Source: a virus (Duplodnaviria; Caudoviricetes). From it: 64,000 nt of DNA. The translations under genes were made by a program, and so were the position numbers. This document shows, piece by piece, positions 41,901-48,902 of the stretch. The DNA lies in the IMG/VR virus record IMGVR_UViG_3300022602_000027; one strand, given 5' to 3'. Position 1 is the first letter of the stretch; each line of letters opens with the position of its first letter. Below the pieces are notes generated by a model. The model made no database searches. It was not told the DNA's origin and saw only the letters and a list, made by a program, of their open reading frames with translations.

Positions 41901-43121
41901 ATTCAAAATTATGTTTCTCCAGAAACATATAAAATATCAGCAACTAATGGGTCATCTACATTTACATTAACAACTCTTGATAATCAACCTTTGGTTACTA
42001 CAGTTGGTACTCCTGCGGATGGTATAGTAATAGATACTGGATTAAATGTATCGTTGAATCCTGGATCAATTACTGGATATGTTGGAAATCAACAAAGATA
42101 TTACATTATTGCTACTAATGGTTCAACACAATTTACATTATCTGCAACTTACAACGGTAGCGCAGTTACAACTACATTGGGTTCAATGTATGGACAGCAA
42201 TACTCTGTTAGTGCCGCAACTATAAACAACTATTCTAATCCAAAGAATTATTATGTTGTTGCTACAAATGGAACATCTACGATGACATTGTCTGAAACGC
42301 TTGGAGGACCTCCTGTTACAACTACAATTGGTACACCAAGTGGATTAATAGCCAGTGTGCCTAACAGTATAATAACAGTAAGTGATAATAGCGGTTTAGT
42401 TGCATTACAAAAATTTGTAGTTACAGGTGCAGGTGGTGGTGGATTAACTGCTGGAACTTATTACATAGTTAATCCGTCAGTTGGTACTAATCAAATCACT
42501 TTAGCTACATCATTATCTTTAGCAGAAGCCGGTAAACCAATTGGCACACTAACTACTGCTACATTATCAAACACATCGTTTACATCGGGTGGGCAAGATA
42601 TTAGTATTGGATTTGTGCCAGCAAACGCTGATCAAATTGAAGTGTTTGTTGGAGGTTACGATAATGTATCATGGTCCCCAGACACTGCGTATAAGGTAGG
42701 AACTATTGTGTCAGTGGGCGCATATACTTATAGATGTTCAACTGCACACACAAGTTCATCATCGTTTGGTAATGATTTGTCTAACTGGTATTTCTTTGTA
42801 GAAAATATTCGATTAAGAAAATCAGCATACAGTGTGTTTAACATTAACAAAGCACCATATAGCCCTGCCGGCGATGTAAATTTTGCCGAAGACTTTATTG
42901 TCGACGGAACAACTTCGATTATAACTTTAACAAATCCGCTGTCCCTTGGCACACAAGTAACAGTAGTTAAGAGATCAGGAATAGCATGGGACGGTAACAA
43001 ATCCGGAACAACAGTTAATCAAACAGTTGCGCCATCAGTTAATATCTTAAATGATAGTTCCGCTATTGCTAACTTTATCAGAGCAGAACTTGGAATTTGG
43101 TACACGGACTACAAGAGTTAA
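26943..43121 (+). CDS. Giant (5392 aa) baseplate wedge/receptor-binding structural protein
   Basis: Uninterrupted 16.2-kb ORF coupled to gp6 (TAATG), in the T4 gp7 position; carbohydrate-binding-like repeats, propeller-like repeats and nested beta-domains. Confidence 0.8.
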   Translation: MATNGNIPMGNTGLGVNFLPDFYQTPANKKFLQATIDQLFQPGTITKTSGFIGRENAKAATGADVYIPAATTSRQNYQLEPGMVIKDSLGNVTFFKDYQDYINQLTVFGANTSNHARLNKQEMYSWDPHINWDKFVNFQDYYWMPYGPDVIKIYGQQQNAVSTYTVEIQSEGNVNEYLFTPNGFDLNPTIKLYRGQTYNFNITSPANPFSIKTSRTAGTGDRYTVGVSDNAVLTGILTFTVPIDAPDILYYQSESDSYLGGAIEIYDYKDNSAIDVENEVIGKQSYKLNDGTQLSNGMKVSFGGNVTPASYSKGNFYVEGVGVAIKLIPETILEIVSPYTTNESIEFDATAFDTQPFDDATGFATLQDYVVINRASRDHNPWSRYNRWFHKDVISASALYNNDSISLDQTARATRPIIEFQADLKLFNMGTTAIIDIDLVDDFTTNVFSTIEGSRGYNIDGVPLVHGQKIIFLADTDPLVQNNIYEVGVVNINGYNQITLTQIASPTLNESALVLQGAKNQSLMYWYNGSNWVKGQQKTSTNQAPLFDIVDDNGVSYGDTSVYTGSTFTGTKLFSYAVGTGVNDVVLGFPLSYQNVANIGDIVFQFDLATDTFDYKLSSQLMTSKVAAGYLVSSDYAGNPVYVNGWQICNTTTLQAAVRIYKNSGLTNNFNIDIYDDVNNLSDLTVKIYVNGIRLDSTLWTLVKGTAYYTVVLNTSIKTTDVLTIRSFASQPVNSNGYYEIPTNLQNNPLNADIGTFTLGEVTDHVSSIIDNLPSNEFLGVFPGDGNLRDLGNITQYGTKFVQHSGPLSLAMYHIASETNNIIKALETARDDYNSFKRNFIEIASSLGVDGDTVQLIELIMQKINSNRPNTAPYYFSDMVPYGANVSTDLTVVDYRIKTYPLSNAFSLDTLSNKAVGVYLNGSQLVYQRDYTFNSQGFIEISSSVAMNNGDTITTVEYESTDGCFVPATPTKLGLWPAYIPQIYLDTTLLDPIEVIQGHDGSIIAAYGDYRDALILELELRIYNNIKVKYDSNIFDVNDIIPGYSRTNDYSLAEFNQVLAPNFYQWAGLVGVDFTKPLSYDRSNTFTYNYSGDSAPNQAATPGFWRGIYRWMLDTDRPHLCPWEMLGFSTEPSWWTSVYGPAPYTSDNLILWTDLSTGTIREPGVPVITVDKYARPFLLNYLPVNENGDLLSPIRSGLAQGVITESTGNDFVFGDVSPIEAAWRRSSYYPFGVIISSMLLTPAKTFGLLLDRSRVVRNKAGQLVYKDTNLRIQPSDILIPSIYSSTTRVQTAGIVNYVVDLILNIIFSNNQNSYNSYQSDLKLITPQLSYRVGSFTNQNQFNLLLESKTPSATGSVFIPKESYQVFLNSSNPTKKITYSGVVITKLSTGFEVKGYSKSQPYFNYYSYISSGTAINIGGISESVATWTQGQQYIVGQVVQYGNAYYRTTVKNVAGVSFDKTMFTQLPSLPIVGGVTAIFRDTWNKNTLNVAPYGTQFATVQEVVDFLLGYEQYLIDQGFVFDDFNGNLNAVTNWSTSAKEFMFWTTQNWAGGQTLWTDWLPNQLYSYGTIVRYNGEYYSAQYNIPELDTFDTTQWIALPGLSNVGSSVISLSPSANKITFTTDLTVVDNISNPFNKYEIFKVDSTPLQPSELDSYRENNVVSYSPRGTAGIYCASFYLIQNEHVVIIDNTDIFNDVIYNPPSGYRRERIKVSGYVTEGWYGGLDIPGFIYDGAKVQNWQPWQDYNMADIISYQGNYYSANKFIAGASVFNSVEWLRLKNQPTAQLLPNWTNTATQFIDFYGLDIDNFNIQQQQFAQHLIGYQTRQYLDNIIQDPVSEFKFFQGMIRDKGTQNVLNHLFNVLSNDGTESLTFYEEWAIRVGQYGAAKAFENFEVVIDQNEYKNNPQGYYLTTRKNNKVSTVINQLTPNEIYVKPLGYDNQPFPVLENPDPVLRSAGYVNPIDVTFKLGYISDILNYDVSLLGNGQYVWTAFSENTWNIYRFTDLQIRVLNVSYSTDTKTLTLTTQNLIVLKAGDYIGLDQVASIKGFYKVASVSLNSFTVVTPTAITIPSPFTNTSEVVVYVLTTQRTSSMDTLDKLLLSHLKPKTLIWTDDDGSGKWAVWQYNSVYATQNIPNATPSTNFNFGSSLSINTQGSILAVSNSQGTVSIFDKVGRSVKWEARGHLLEPFISKNGIVNADQVATVTAISADGTWLVTGSPNAGYARTNYKGVYNSSSTYAINSVVAVQNSTNNYSYYQAYRAVPINTPTTNTTYWYAVPYVDVNQVQGSDSSLANQGVISIYLKDLDNNYNLVDTIISPLPSANEQFGSSLIFGNNTLYVGAVGYNNGAGRVYKLSYSSTVRVETQYNPVGSINSTLAVTSTNGIRVGMIVSGVGFTSGQTVDAVLSETTLELSGTPDTGVIPSGMLQFITNSWAYDWTENYVGTGTNALGSNLSISSDASTLAITAVGTAHIYKNTGNGLEEIQVLTGSDAYFGKAIAISPDGTYIAASDDTSGNVSQQGNVTVYQYSNGTYTSSQTLVNHQPETNGLFGNKIAFMDDTTIVVYSKNGDSTITTTFDNDTTTFDKSSTNFLTVEVNSGRVDIYDKYHNVWVFSESLESENLPSDGYGTGFAVGANQVIVSAPNASDQSLASGQVYSYGKQNDTYSWSIYEQQDVVPDVNKIRKAFLYDQTLGKLVTYLDIVDPLQGKIPGPAQEEITYQTFYDPASYSYSDGTAGVVLNTNEFWADIPVGQLWWDLRTTKFLENNFNDPSYRNSAWNTLAEGASVDIYEWVSTNLLPSNWDNLADTPSGIAIGISGTSLYGNSAYSVTQVYDNISKTFRNTYYFWVKNRKIVPASTSGRNMAANDVSLLIANPRAQGYTCLAITGVDTFSLVNAAGYLKGTEVILAIEYWVIDKTDQNVHSQWKLISNDTLVNLPAVIEQKWFDSLCGIDEGGRSVPDPTLPIKLRYGIENRPRQSMFVNRIEALKEFIESVNTTLSTYQTTELKDISSLESYDPIPNPIYGLYDKIVDTYEELGFASIGYFSVPVLTPIITNGSITGITVINSGKGYVYAPYVTIIGSGEGAVVRTTINALGEITGATIINGGTGYNSGTQCSVRSYSVLVNSDSTSSDTWSIYSYNTISKQYSKVLTQGYDVRKYWSYMDWYETGFSQFSAPDITVNNFVDLNTTQDIFFNQARNNTIGNGQLVKVLNGNANKWVLLYRYSSVVSVDWTQSYRVVGIQDGTIQFNTNLYEFAGTDIGYDSSIFNTSNFDVQASAELRIILNTIKNNILINDLKQNYLDLFLNGLRYAHSEQPFIDWAFKTSFVRATHNVGQLSQPVNYPVDNLSNFQDYVAEVKPYRTKIREYVSQYTSIDTNQSAVTDFDLQPNYSNTKIKPVETTFINNSISVVDPTIQNYPWKFWLDNVGFSIIEIKIVSGGSGYASAPVVIIDQPTGANSVPATAKAFITNGVVNRILLTNIDTYGRAGSGYLSAPSVTLYGGLDKGGVAAKAVAIIGNSVVRSTSTELRFDRVNQTYYLANLQQVDSFTGTGSKLQYVLTWAPDIRAGESSVTVNGIPVLRELYALSVVSSTASGYTQYTGKITFASAPATGSTIVVKYNKAPSVLTAVDRIQYYYNPASGQLGKDLGQLMTGVDYGGVVVSGLGFDVAGGWGSAPYLTDAWDSRPATFKDYSVQVTGNTHVFTLPYTPANGTAINIYFSRLITTSYVSDGVSLQYAYDLSLLDVSVNVVTVTQTTAITATYVPSQIVNGITFISSGYTLVVSDTTGIVPGMIVSGTGFSRRQKVVNVVNSTTLTIDNVADTAPSGLITFSNLAGGFVLTVSDTTGLAVGDVVTASTAHGTIFAYGTTVTAVNSSTSVTLNQVLYSTITPGTNINFTKNLVEPTDVVINASGTIQLLEAYASGSTINIIGQKPPVRLDDPYYGMSATQNWATGTVYAVNDLVLYNSISYICKTAHTAASSWSIDFAQGYWKLINTNAIIPTPVIGVSVITNVVEGGAGGATLTISSYSGVDDGGSASTVESSIIDGGIIDDSPTNVIEIPATFTVLPGDEFILRESTSDGSISTPDANYDTSMDGGNLTYSTATGIAADDIVVDGDGFVTPTSSPAPEEVVPGQVVDALSIKVYDKSQAGSAAIKVNSQITDGITNTYSIGQTPNSPRALIVKLGNNIQTYGTDYSIDYTNGTVTFTPSGNSILSTGQLVTIFSVGFNGTNILDLDYFVGDGVTTEFITRAPWITPVTSLIYVDGISTPANLFKTDSTYTFTNAIGIRFITPPAVGKLINFIIVSGNQQTFATTKTERITATGSSTYTLTYPIGITLPNESNMIVRVNQQILSAPVNNYFTIGNDQLTYTLDPSKALPYSTTVDNVLVYAEGSTLTFGSDYTVDPAGISVTINQNIYAEYEGKSLIVSIITNEGYTYNPISSQITFAQGSVPSNGDVVEIISNYLQDILDIERTEVQYSSTFTLTPGTIEFFKYNALGGGLIQLDRPVINADYVWVIKNKTLLSSGTDYKLNEDLQSLRLAKPLRSSDVLELITFGSNILPSAGISYMQFKDMLNRVRYIRLNANKQTTLVQDLKWNDTQIVVNDASQLDQPNAAANRPGVIEIRGERIEYFNVNGNVLSQLRRGTLGTGVYNLNKSGSYVQGIGASEYIPYTDTTVTETVKSSGQGVPRTTGTVLSTTSSVAEPIANFGITTTSGQLSVSTGQYYVGQVITISGQPVHSTLNGVVSLGTNGQFSCLPTTVTLASGQSVIINNSTANAPIIGLAITGTSGQFSCSSSPVPLVVGQQVTLIGLVTVSRFLSGVTINNTSGLFQCTYSNTLLQVGQTVTVTGTFGGGGGILGYTSGTTYTISATDGHSNFTLITSPTTFTAVSATNIIGTGSGAVFNVYAANRGYKVTIASAGTGYAVGNTMKILGGALGGTNVTNDLLISVAGVSNGTITAISVSGVSNYGDPLITTSGVPTGVTWQLVAGSGSIQNYVSPETYKISATNGSSTFTLTTLDNQPLVTTVGTPADGIVIDTGLNVSLNPGSITGYVGNQQRYYIIATNGSTQFTLSATYNGSAVTTTLGSMYGQQYSVSAATINNYSNPKNYYVVATNGTSTMTLSETLGGPPVTTTIGTPSGLIASVPNSIITVSDNSGLVALQKFVVTGAGGGGLTAGTYYIVNPSVGTNQITLATSLSLAEAGKPIGTLTTATLSNTSFTSGGQDISIGFVPANADQIEVFVGGYDNVSWSPDTAYKVGTIVSVGAYTYRCSTAHTSSSSFGNDLSNWYFFVENIRLRKSAYSVFNINKAPYSPAGDVNFAEDFIVDGTTSIITLTNPLSLGTQVTVVKRSGIAWDGNKSGTTVNQTVAPSVNILNDSSAIANFIRAELGIWYTDYKS

Positions 43122-43131
43122 AATAGCACAT

Positions 43132-43149
43132 TATAAATATTGATAAATA
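43132..43149 (+). promoter_or_regulatory. Tandem late promoters TATAAATA / GATAAATA
   Basis: 43132-39 exact consensus; 43142-49 variant. Confidence 0.7.
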
Positions 43150-43169
43150 TAACATAAAGAGAGATTAGT

Positions 43170-43778
43170 ATGCAGACAAAAGACGCCACAGGAATTCATA
43201 TTGAGGGACATATTAAGATATATGATCCCGTTTCTAAGGAAATTTTCATTAATAAGCGCAATGCTATCCATTATGAAAATATGAGTATAGCGTTGGCTAA
43301 TACTATGATTAACAACGGTCAAGGGTTTATTTACTCAATGGCGTTTGGAAACGGCGGAACTAGTATCGATCCAACCGGAATTATTACATATCTAACACCA
43401 AATACTACAGGTACTAATGCTAGTTTGTATAATCAAACTTATGAAAAGGTTATTGACGGAAGTTCGAGTACTAATTTAGATCCAACACGTAATTTTACCG
43501 AAGTTAGACACGTTACTGGACAAAACTACAGCGATATTTTTTGTACATGTTTATTAGATTACGGCGAGCCTAGCGGTCAAGCCGCGTACGATACAACAGT
43601 TAATGGCGAAACAACTTATGTATTTGACGAATTAGGACTACAAAGTTATAGCCCAACTGGCGAAAGTTTATTACTAACTCATGTTATTTTCCACCCTGTG
43701 TTAAAAAGTCTAAACAGATTGATACAGATTGACTATACAGTTCGTATTCAAAGCCTTACTGGCTTAGTAAATGTTTAA
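43170..43778 (+). CDS. Baseplate/tail structural protein
   Basis: 202 aa; FDELGL and HVIFHPVLKSLNRLIQIDYTVRI; tail-module context. Confidence 0.7.
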   Translation: MQTKDATGIHIEGHIKIYDPVSKEIFINKRNAIHYENMSIALANTMINNGQGFIYSMAFGNGGTSIDPTGIITYLTPNTTGTNASLYNQTYEKVIDGSSSTNLDPTRNFTEVRHVTGQNYSDIFCTCLLDYGEPSGQAAYDTTVNGETTYVFDELGLQSYSPTGESLLLTHVIFHPVLKSLNRLIQIDYTVRIQSLTGLVNV

Positions 43779-43788
43779 GGAGCAGTAG

Positions 43789-46002
43789 ATGACATATACA
43801 GTTTCGTTCTCTGACTCAACTAATCCTGCTAAGCCACCGATTACAGTTGCAGACGCCGCACTAAACAATCAGACTAGTTTGTCGTTTGTTGGACAAAACT
43901 ATTCAGGATACGGTCCTGTTATAGCTAGTAATTTTTTACATTTATTAGAAAATTTTGCCAACAGTTCGGCACCATTAAATCCTGTACAAGGACAACTATG
44001 GTATGATACTTCATTAGGAGCAAATATTCTTAGAGTGTACAACGGTACACAATGGGTAGAGGCAGGAGCATTAAAGAAAGCAACAGCATCAAATCAGCCA
44101 AGCGTATCGGCTAGTGTTGCCGGTGACTTATGGGTTGATACTACTAACAGTCAACTATATTTGTTCTCTGGCGCAACATGGTTGCTAGTTGGTCCTACAT
44201 TTAGTGCAGGTTTGCAAACAGGTCCAATTGTTGAAACAATAATAGATACAACAAACGTTAGCCATTCAGTTATTTCAATGTATGTTTCTAGCTCTACAGA
44301 TAATTCATCTTATAGAGTATCGATAATTAGTAAAGATTCATTTGTTCCTAAAGTTAGTATATTAGGCTTTCCAACAATACAGGAAGGTGTTAATTTAAGT
44401 ACAATAGATAGCGACTTAACAACTAACCCAACAAGATTTATTGGAACAGCTACATCAGCTGATGCATTGTTAGTTGGCGGTACAACAGTTCCAGCCGCAA
44501 ATTTTTTAAGAGGTGATGTAGCTAGTACAAGTAACAGCGCATTGAACATTAGAAATGCTGGCGGTTTAAGTATTGGTACAGATTTAAGTTTTAATATTTC
44601 TCAAGGTAATACTGCATACACTATATTTTCAAAGAGTACTACAAAAAGTATTGAATTTAGTGTAAACGGAAACACATTAGTACATTTAGATCCTTCAGGC
44701 AACATTGGATTAGGTGTAGGAAATACAAGCCCTTCTAGTGCATTAAGTGTAGGAGGTGTAATTACTTCAGGTATTGCAGGACTGGCTGGCGGACTTGTTG
44801 TCACAGACGGCGGAAGTCCTAACCCGACTACAGTATTTTCAATTAATCCTGTTAGTGGAATTAGTACATCTTTAAATGCTACAAGCACAGGAAATTTAAC
44901 AGTAGGCGGTGTAGTAACTGTTGGATCTGGAACGAGTGGTGGTTCAGTAATTTTACCAGCAACATCTTCATCAGGTCCTTTATTTGATATTGGTTCTTTA
45001 ACACAACCTTTTAGAAACGTTTATGCAAATACGTTCACTGGAAGTTTTAACGGAACATTTACTGGAACAGTTTTAGGTAATGCTACAGGAACAGCAACCG
45101 CACTACAAAATGCAACCGCATTTAGTATAACAGGAGATGTGATTACTACATCAACTGTTAATTTTACAGGTAATTCGGGTCCAGCTACATTAAATGTAGT
45201 TGCTAACTCAAGTTTAATTGCAGGATCTTCAGATAATCCAAAGACACAAGCTACTTCGGCAGCGGCAACAGACCAGATGTTAGTGTTACAAACATCAGGA
45301 ACTTCGTCAAATCTAGTTCGTATGACTAGACAAACATTCCTTTCTGGAGTAGGATTATATTCTATACCAGTTGGTGTTATGATGCCATTTGCTGGACCAG
45401 TGGCCGCTGTTCCAGCAGGTTGGTTACTATGTGACGGAAGTGAAGTTAGCACCGCAGTATATAATCAACTATTCTTAGCAATTGGATACATTTATAAAGC
45501 ACAGAGCAGTTTACAAGGTGTAAACACTTTTGCTTTACCTGATATGCGTGGACGTATGCCGCTAGGTGTAACTAACATGAACAACTACGGTAACATCAAC
45601 GGCTTTACTCAAGCACTTGACGGTGGTGGACATACAGTTAACACTGGTGGACAAACAGGAACAGCAACTACAATAACTGTAAAAGCTAATCAAAATCTTA
45701 CACAAGTGTTAGGTGCAGTAGGCGGTACTGACGGAACAGTACTAGATGTTAATCAAATACCGCAACACGAACATTCATTGAATGACGGAACTGCACAATA
45801 CTATGCTCCAGGATTAAATGGCGGAGTAGCGGATCCGAGCAACAATACTGCCTCAGGTTATAGCATTAGTTCATCAGGATCAGGATACGCATTAAAACAA
45901 ACAGCAGGTATGACAGCAGGTGCAACTGGTGAAAGTGTAAACTTATTAAACCCATTCATGGCTGTTAACTACATAATATTTACTGGCGCAGGACTAAGCT
46001 AA
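43789..46002 (+). CDS. Tail fibre protein with tail-collar domain
   Basis: C-terminal PVGVMMPFAG...GWLLCDG...TFALPDMRGR collar motif; N-terminal LLENFAN..GQLWYD domain. Confidence 0.85.
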   Translation: MTYTVSFSDSTNPAKPPITVADAALNNQTSLSFVGQNYSGYGPVIASNFLHLLENFANSSAPLNPVQGQLWYDTSLGANILRVYNGTQWVEAGALKKATASNQPSVSASVAGDLWVDTTNSQLYLFSGATWLLVGPTFSAGLQTGPIVETIIDTTNVSHSVISMYVSSSTDNSSYRVSIISKDSFVPKVSILGFPTIQEGVNLSTIDSDLTTNPTRFIGTATSADALLVGGTTVPAANFLRGDVASTSNSALNIRNAGGLSIGTDLSFNISQGNTAYTIFSKSTTKSIEFSVNGNTLVHLDPSGNIGLGVGNTSPSSALSVGGVITSGIAGLAGGLVVTDGGSPNPTTVFSINPVSGISTSLNATSTGNLTVGGVVTVGSGTSGGSVILPATSSSGPLFDIGSLTQPFRNVYANTFTGSFNGTFTGTVLGNATGTATALQNATAFSITGDVITTSTVNFTGNSGPATLNVVANSSLIAGSSDNPKTQATSAAATDQMLVLQTSGTSSNLVRMTRQTFLSGVGLYSIPVGVMMPFAGPVAAVPAGWLLCDGSEVSTAVYNQLFLAIGYIYKAQSSLQGVNTFALPDMRGRMPLGVTNMNNYGNINGFTQALDGGGHTVNTGGQTGTATTITVKANQNLTQVLGAVGGTDGTVLDVNQIPQHEHSLNDGTAQYYAPGLNGGVADPSNNTASGYSISSSGSGYALKQTAGMTAGATGESVNLLNPFMAVNYIIFTGAGLS

Positions 46003-47321
46003 TGACATATTCAATTCTTTTAACTAACGGCAACACATTAACTACTGTAGCTAATGGTAGTATCGATCAAACCACTACAGATTTAACGCTGATTGGTCAA
46101 AATACATCGGGATACGGAGTATTCATTAATGATAACTTTGTGCATTTGTTAGAAAATTTTGCAAATACTAGTCAACCAAATCATCCTGTTAAAGGGCAGT
46201 TATGGTATGATACAAGTCAAAATTTATTGCAAGTGTACAACGGTTCGACTTTTACTCCAACCGGTAATACTATTGTATCAGGCACAGTGCCTAGCGGGCT
46301 AACTACCGGCGGATTATGGATTAATAGTACAACAAGCCAGTTATATTTTAATGATGGAACTGAAACAACTCTTGCAGGCCCTTTGTATACAAAACAACAA
46401 GGACAAAGCGGATTTGTTGTGAGTACAATATTAGATACGTTAAGTGTTAGCCATACTATTGTATCTTTATATGTTGCTAATACCTTAATGGGCATCTTTG
46501 CCAAGGAGTCTTTTACTCCTGCAACTGCAATTACTGGGTTTACAGATACTATAACTTTAACAGCAAGCCAAGTAGGAACAACTTTAACTGTTACATCTTG
46601 TTCAACTAACACACTTGCGGTGGGACAAACAATAACCGGAGTTGGAATACTTCCAAATACAGTTATCACTAGTTTAGTAGTTAACGGTGTAACAGCAAAC
46701 GGCGGAGTTGGACAATACCTAGTAAGTACTAATGCTACACTTGCATCAACATCGATGACTGCAATTTACGGTACTTTACAAATTGGATTTAATGTAAGTA
46801 CATACGGCGGTATTACTTTTAACGTTCCCGTAAGTCAAGCAAGTTATTTGTTAAGCCCAACAGACGGATCATTAAAAAATGCTAATAGTTTCTTGTCAAC
46901 TACATCAGCATCGTCGACTAGCGGAACACTTTCAATACAAAATTCAACTCCATTACGTCTTGGTACTGCAGGTTACACGACAGTAAACACTAGTTATGGT
47001 ACTTTTGAGATATTATCTAATATTGCTGGTCAAGATTTTCAAATTAGTTCATCAAATTCAAATCCAACTACACAAAGTTTGTATATAAATGGTACAACAT
47101 TATTTGTTGGAGTTGGCGGATATAGTTCATCTAACTTACCAAAGACAACATTAGATGTAAACGGAACATTTAGAATAGCGACAACTAAAACACCAGCAAG
47201 CAGTACAGCCGCTGGCTCTACTGGGCAGTTTGCTTGGGACACTAATTACCTATATATTTGCGTATCGGGCGGAACAACAGGTAATGCTACATGGAAGCGA
47301 GTAGCGTTAGGAACCTTCTAA
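46002..47321 (+). CDS. Tail fibre/baseplate protein (paralog)
   Basis: Same N-terminal LTLIG..GYG..NF.HLLENFAN..GQLWYD domain. Confidence 0.75.
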   Translation: MTYSILLTNGNTLTTVANGSIDQTTTDLTLIGQNTSGYGVFINDNFVHLLENFANTSQPNHPVKGQLWYDTSQNLLQVYNGSTFTPTGNTIVSGTVPSGLTTGGLWINSTTSQLYFNDGTETTLAGPLYTKQQGQSGFVVSTILDTLSVSHTIVSLYVANTLMGIFAKESFTPATAITGFTDTITLTASQVGTTLTVTSCSTNTLAVGQTITGVGILPNTVITSLVVNGVTANGGVGQYLVSTNATLASTSMTAIYGTLQIGFNVSTYGGITFNVPVSQASYLLSPTDGSLKNANSFLSTTSASSTSGTLSIQNSTPLRLGTAGYTTVNTSYGTFEILSNIAGQDFQISSSNSNPTTQSLYINGTTLFVGVGGYSSSNLPKTTLDVNGTFRIATTKTPASSTAAGSTGQFAWDTNYLYICVSGGTTGNATWKRVALGTF

Positions 47322-47334
47322 CAGCTCAAACTAT

Positions 47335-47342
47335 GATAAATA
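47335..47342 (+). promoter_or_regulatory. Late-type promoter GATAAATA
   Basis: Intergenic, upstream of ATG 47369. Confidence 0.55.
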
Positions 47343-47368
47343 CACTGAAATAAGGACGAGCGACAACC

Positions 47369-48868
47369 ATGTCATACACAATTAACCATTATAACGGTAC
47401 ATTACTAACCACAGTTTCTGACGGAACAGTAGATACATCCACAGATTTAACTCTGATTGGTAAAAATTACGCCGGTTATGGGCAAGCACAGAACGACAAC
47501 TTTGTATGGTTGTTAGAGAATTTTGCAAATACAAGTAGCCCTCCAAACCCACTTGCAGGACAACTTTGGTATGACAGCGGCAATAAAAAATTAAAATTCT
47601 GGGACGGCACTAATTTCCGTAACACCGGAGGCGCTGAAATTGGTTCTTCAGCTCCAACAGGACTAACACAGGGTGATTTCTGGTTTAATACACAAAGTAA
47701 TCAGTTGTATGCATGGACAGGTAGCACATTTACTCTAATTGGCCCACAAGAAGTTACTGGTGCAGGCACTACACAAATGCAATCAGTTAGTGTTCTTGAC
47801 ACTAGTAATGTTAGCCATGCTATTATTCAAGGTATTGTTAACGGTCAAACAGTATTTACGATTGCAGGAAGTGATGCTCCATTCCAGTTAAATGGCACAA
47901 CTAACCCAATCGTTGGTTTTGATTACATTCAACAAGGCGTTACTTTACAATATACACAGCAAGCAAGTAATGGACAAACATCTGGAAGCCAACGTTTCTG
48001 GGGAACTGCTACTAACTCCGATAGATTAAACGGACATACTATTAGCGATTTCGTTCTAAACACAGGAACACCGCAATTTAGTTCATTAGTTAACTTTGCA
48101 GACGTTGGTTTTACAGTTGGTAGTCCAATTTCTAAACTAGCAATTTATAATTATAATCAAACAACACCAACAATTCAAAACATTAACGGTTCACAAATTT
48201 CATTTGAAACGTTAGTTTCTGGATCAACAAAAAATCCTTTAATTATTAACGGTAATGATGTTACACCGGGACAAAGTGGAACAAGTAATTTAGGAACAAG
48301 TTTGTTACAATGGGCCGCAGTTTATGCTAGTTATCACTATGGAACAGCACAACAAGCAGATGCGCTTAACGTAAATAACGTTTATGTAACAGCTAGTACA
48401 AGTGCAGTAGCTGGAACTATTGCCGCTAGAGATAGCAGTGCTAATATCTATGCTAATGTATTCAATGGTACTGCTACAGCGGCACAATACGCTGACTTAG
48501 CAGAAAAATATCTTCCTGATCCATCACGTACATACGATGTAGGTACAGTTATGGCAGTAGGTGGCCCTGCTGAAGTACGCGGAGCATCATATGGAGATAA
48601 AGCTATCGGTGTAATTAGCCAAAATCCAGCTTTTATGATGAATAAAGATTTAGTAGGCGGAGTTTATGTTGCTCTAAAAGGTCGTGTGCCAGTTAAAGTA
48701 TTTGGCGGATGCTCTAAGGGCGATATGCTAGCACCATACGGTGATGGTTTAGCCGCAAGTATTCCTGGATATTTTGGTGGCGATAATACTAGCAACATCT
48801 GTTTTGCAGTGGCTCTAGAAGATTGTGCAGACGGAAATATCACTCTTGTTGAATGCGTAATCTTATAA
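47369..48868 (+). CDS. Tail fibre protein (paralog) with C-terminal YADLAE..KGRVPVKV domain
   Basis: Shared N-terminal domain; C-terminal ADLAEKY...VALKGRVPVKV resembles fibre chaperone-like domains. Confidence 0.75.
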   Translation: MSYTINHYNGTLLTTVSDGTVDTSTDLTLIGKNYAGYGQAQNDNFVWLLENFANTSSPPNPLAGQLWYDSGNKKLKFWDGTNFRNTGGAEIGSSAPTGLTQGDFWFNTQSNQLYAWTGSTFTLIGPQEVTGAGTTQMQSVSVLDTSNVSHAIIQGIVNGQTVFTIAGSDAPFQLNGTTNPIVGFDYIQQGVTLQYTQQASNGQTSGSQRFWGTATNSDRLNGHTISDFVLNTGTPQFSSLVNFADVGFTVGSPISKLAIYNYNQTTPTIQNINGSQISFETLVSGSTKNPLIINGNDVTPGQSGTSNLGTSLLQWAAVYASYHYGTAQQADALNVNNVYVTASTSAVAGTIAARDSSANIYANVFNGTATAAQYADLAEKYLPDPSRTYDVGTVMAVGGPAEVRGASYGDKAIGVISQNPAFMMNKDLVGGVYVALKGRVPVKVFGGCSKGDMLAPYGDGLAASIPGYFGGDNTSNICFAVALEDCADGNITLVECVIL

Positions 48869-48869
48869 A

Positions 48870-48877
48870 AATAAATA
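48870..48877 (+). promoter_or_regulatory. Late-type promoter AATAAATA
   Basis: Intergenic, upstream of ATG 48903. Confidence 0.5.
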
Positions 48878-48902
48878 ACAGACAGTAAAAAGAGAGAATT
48901 AA

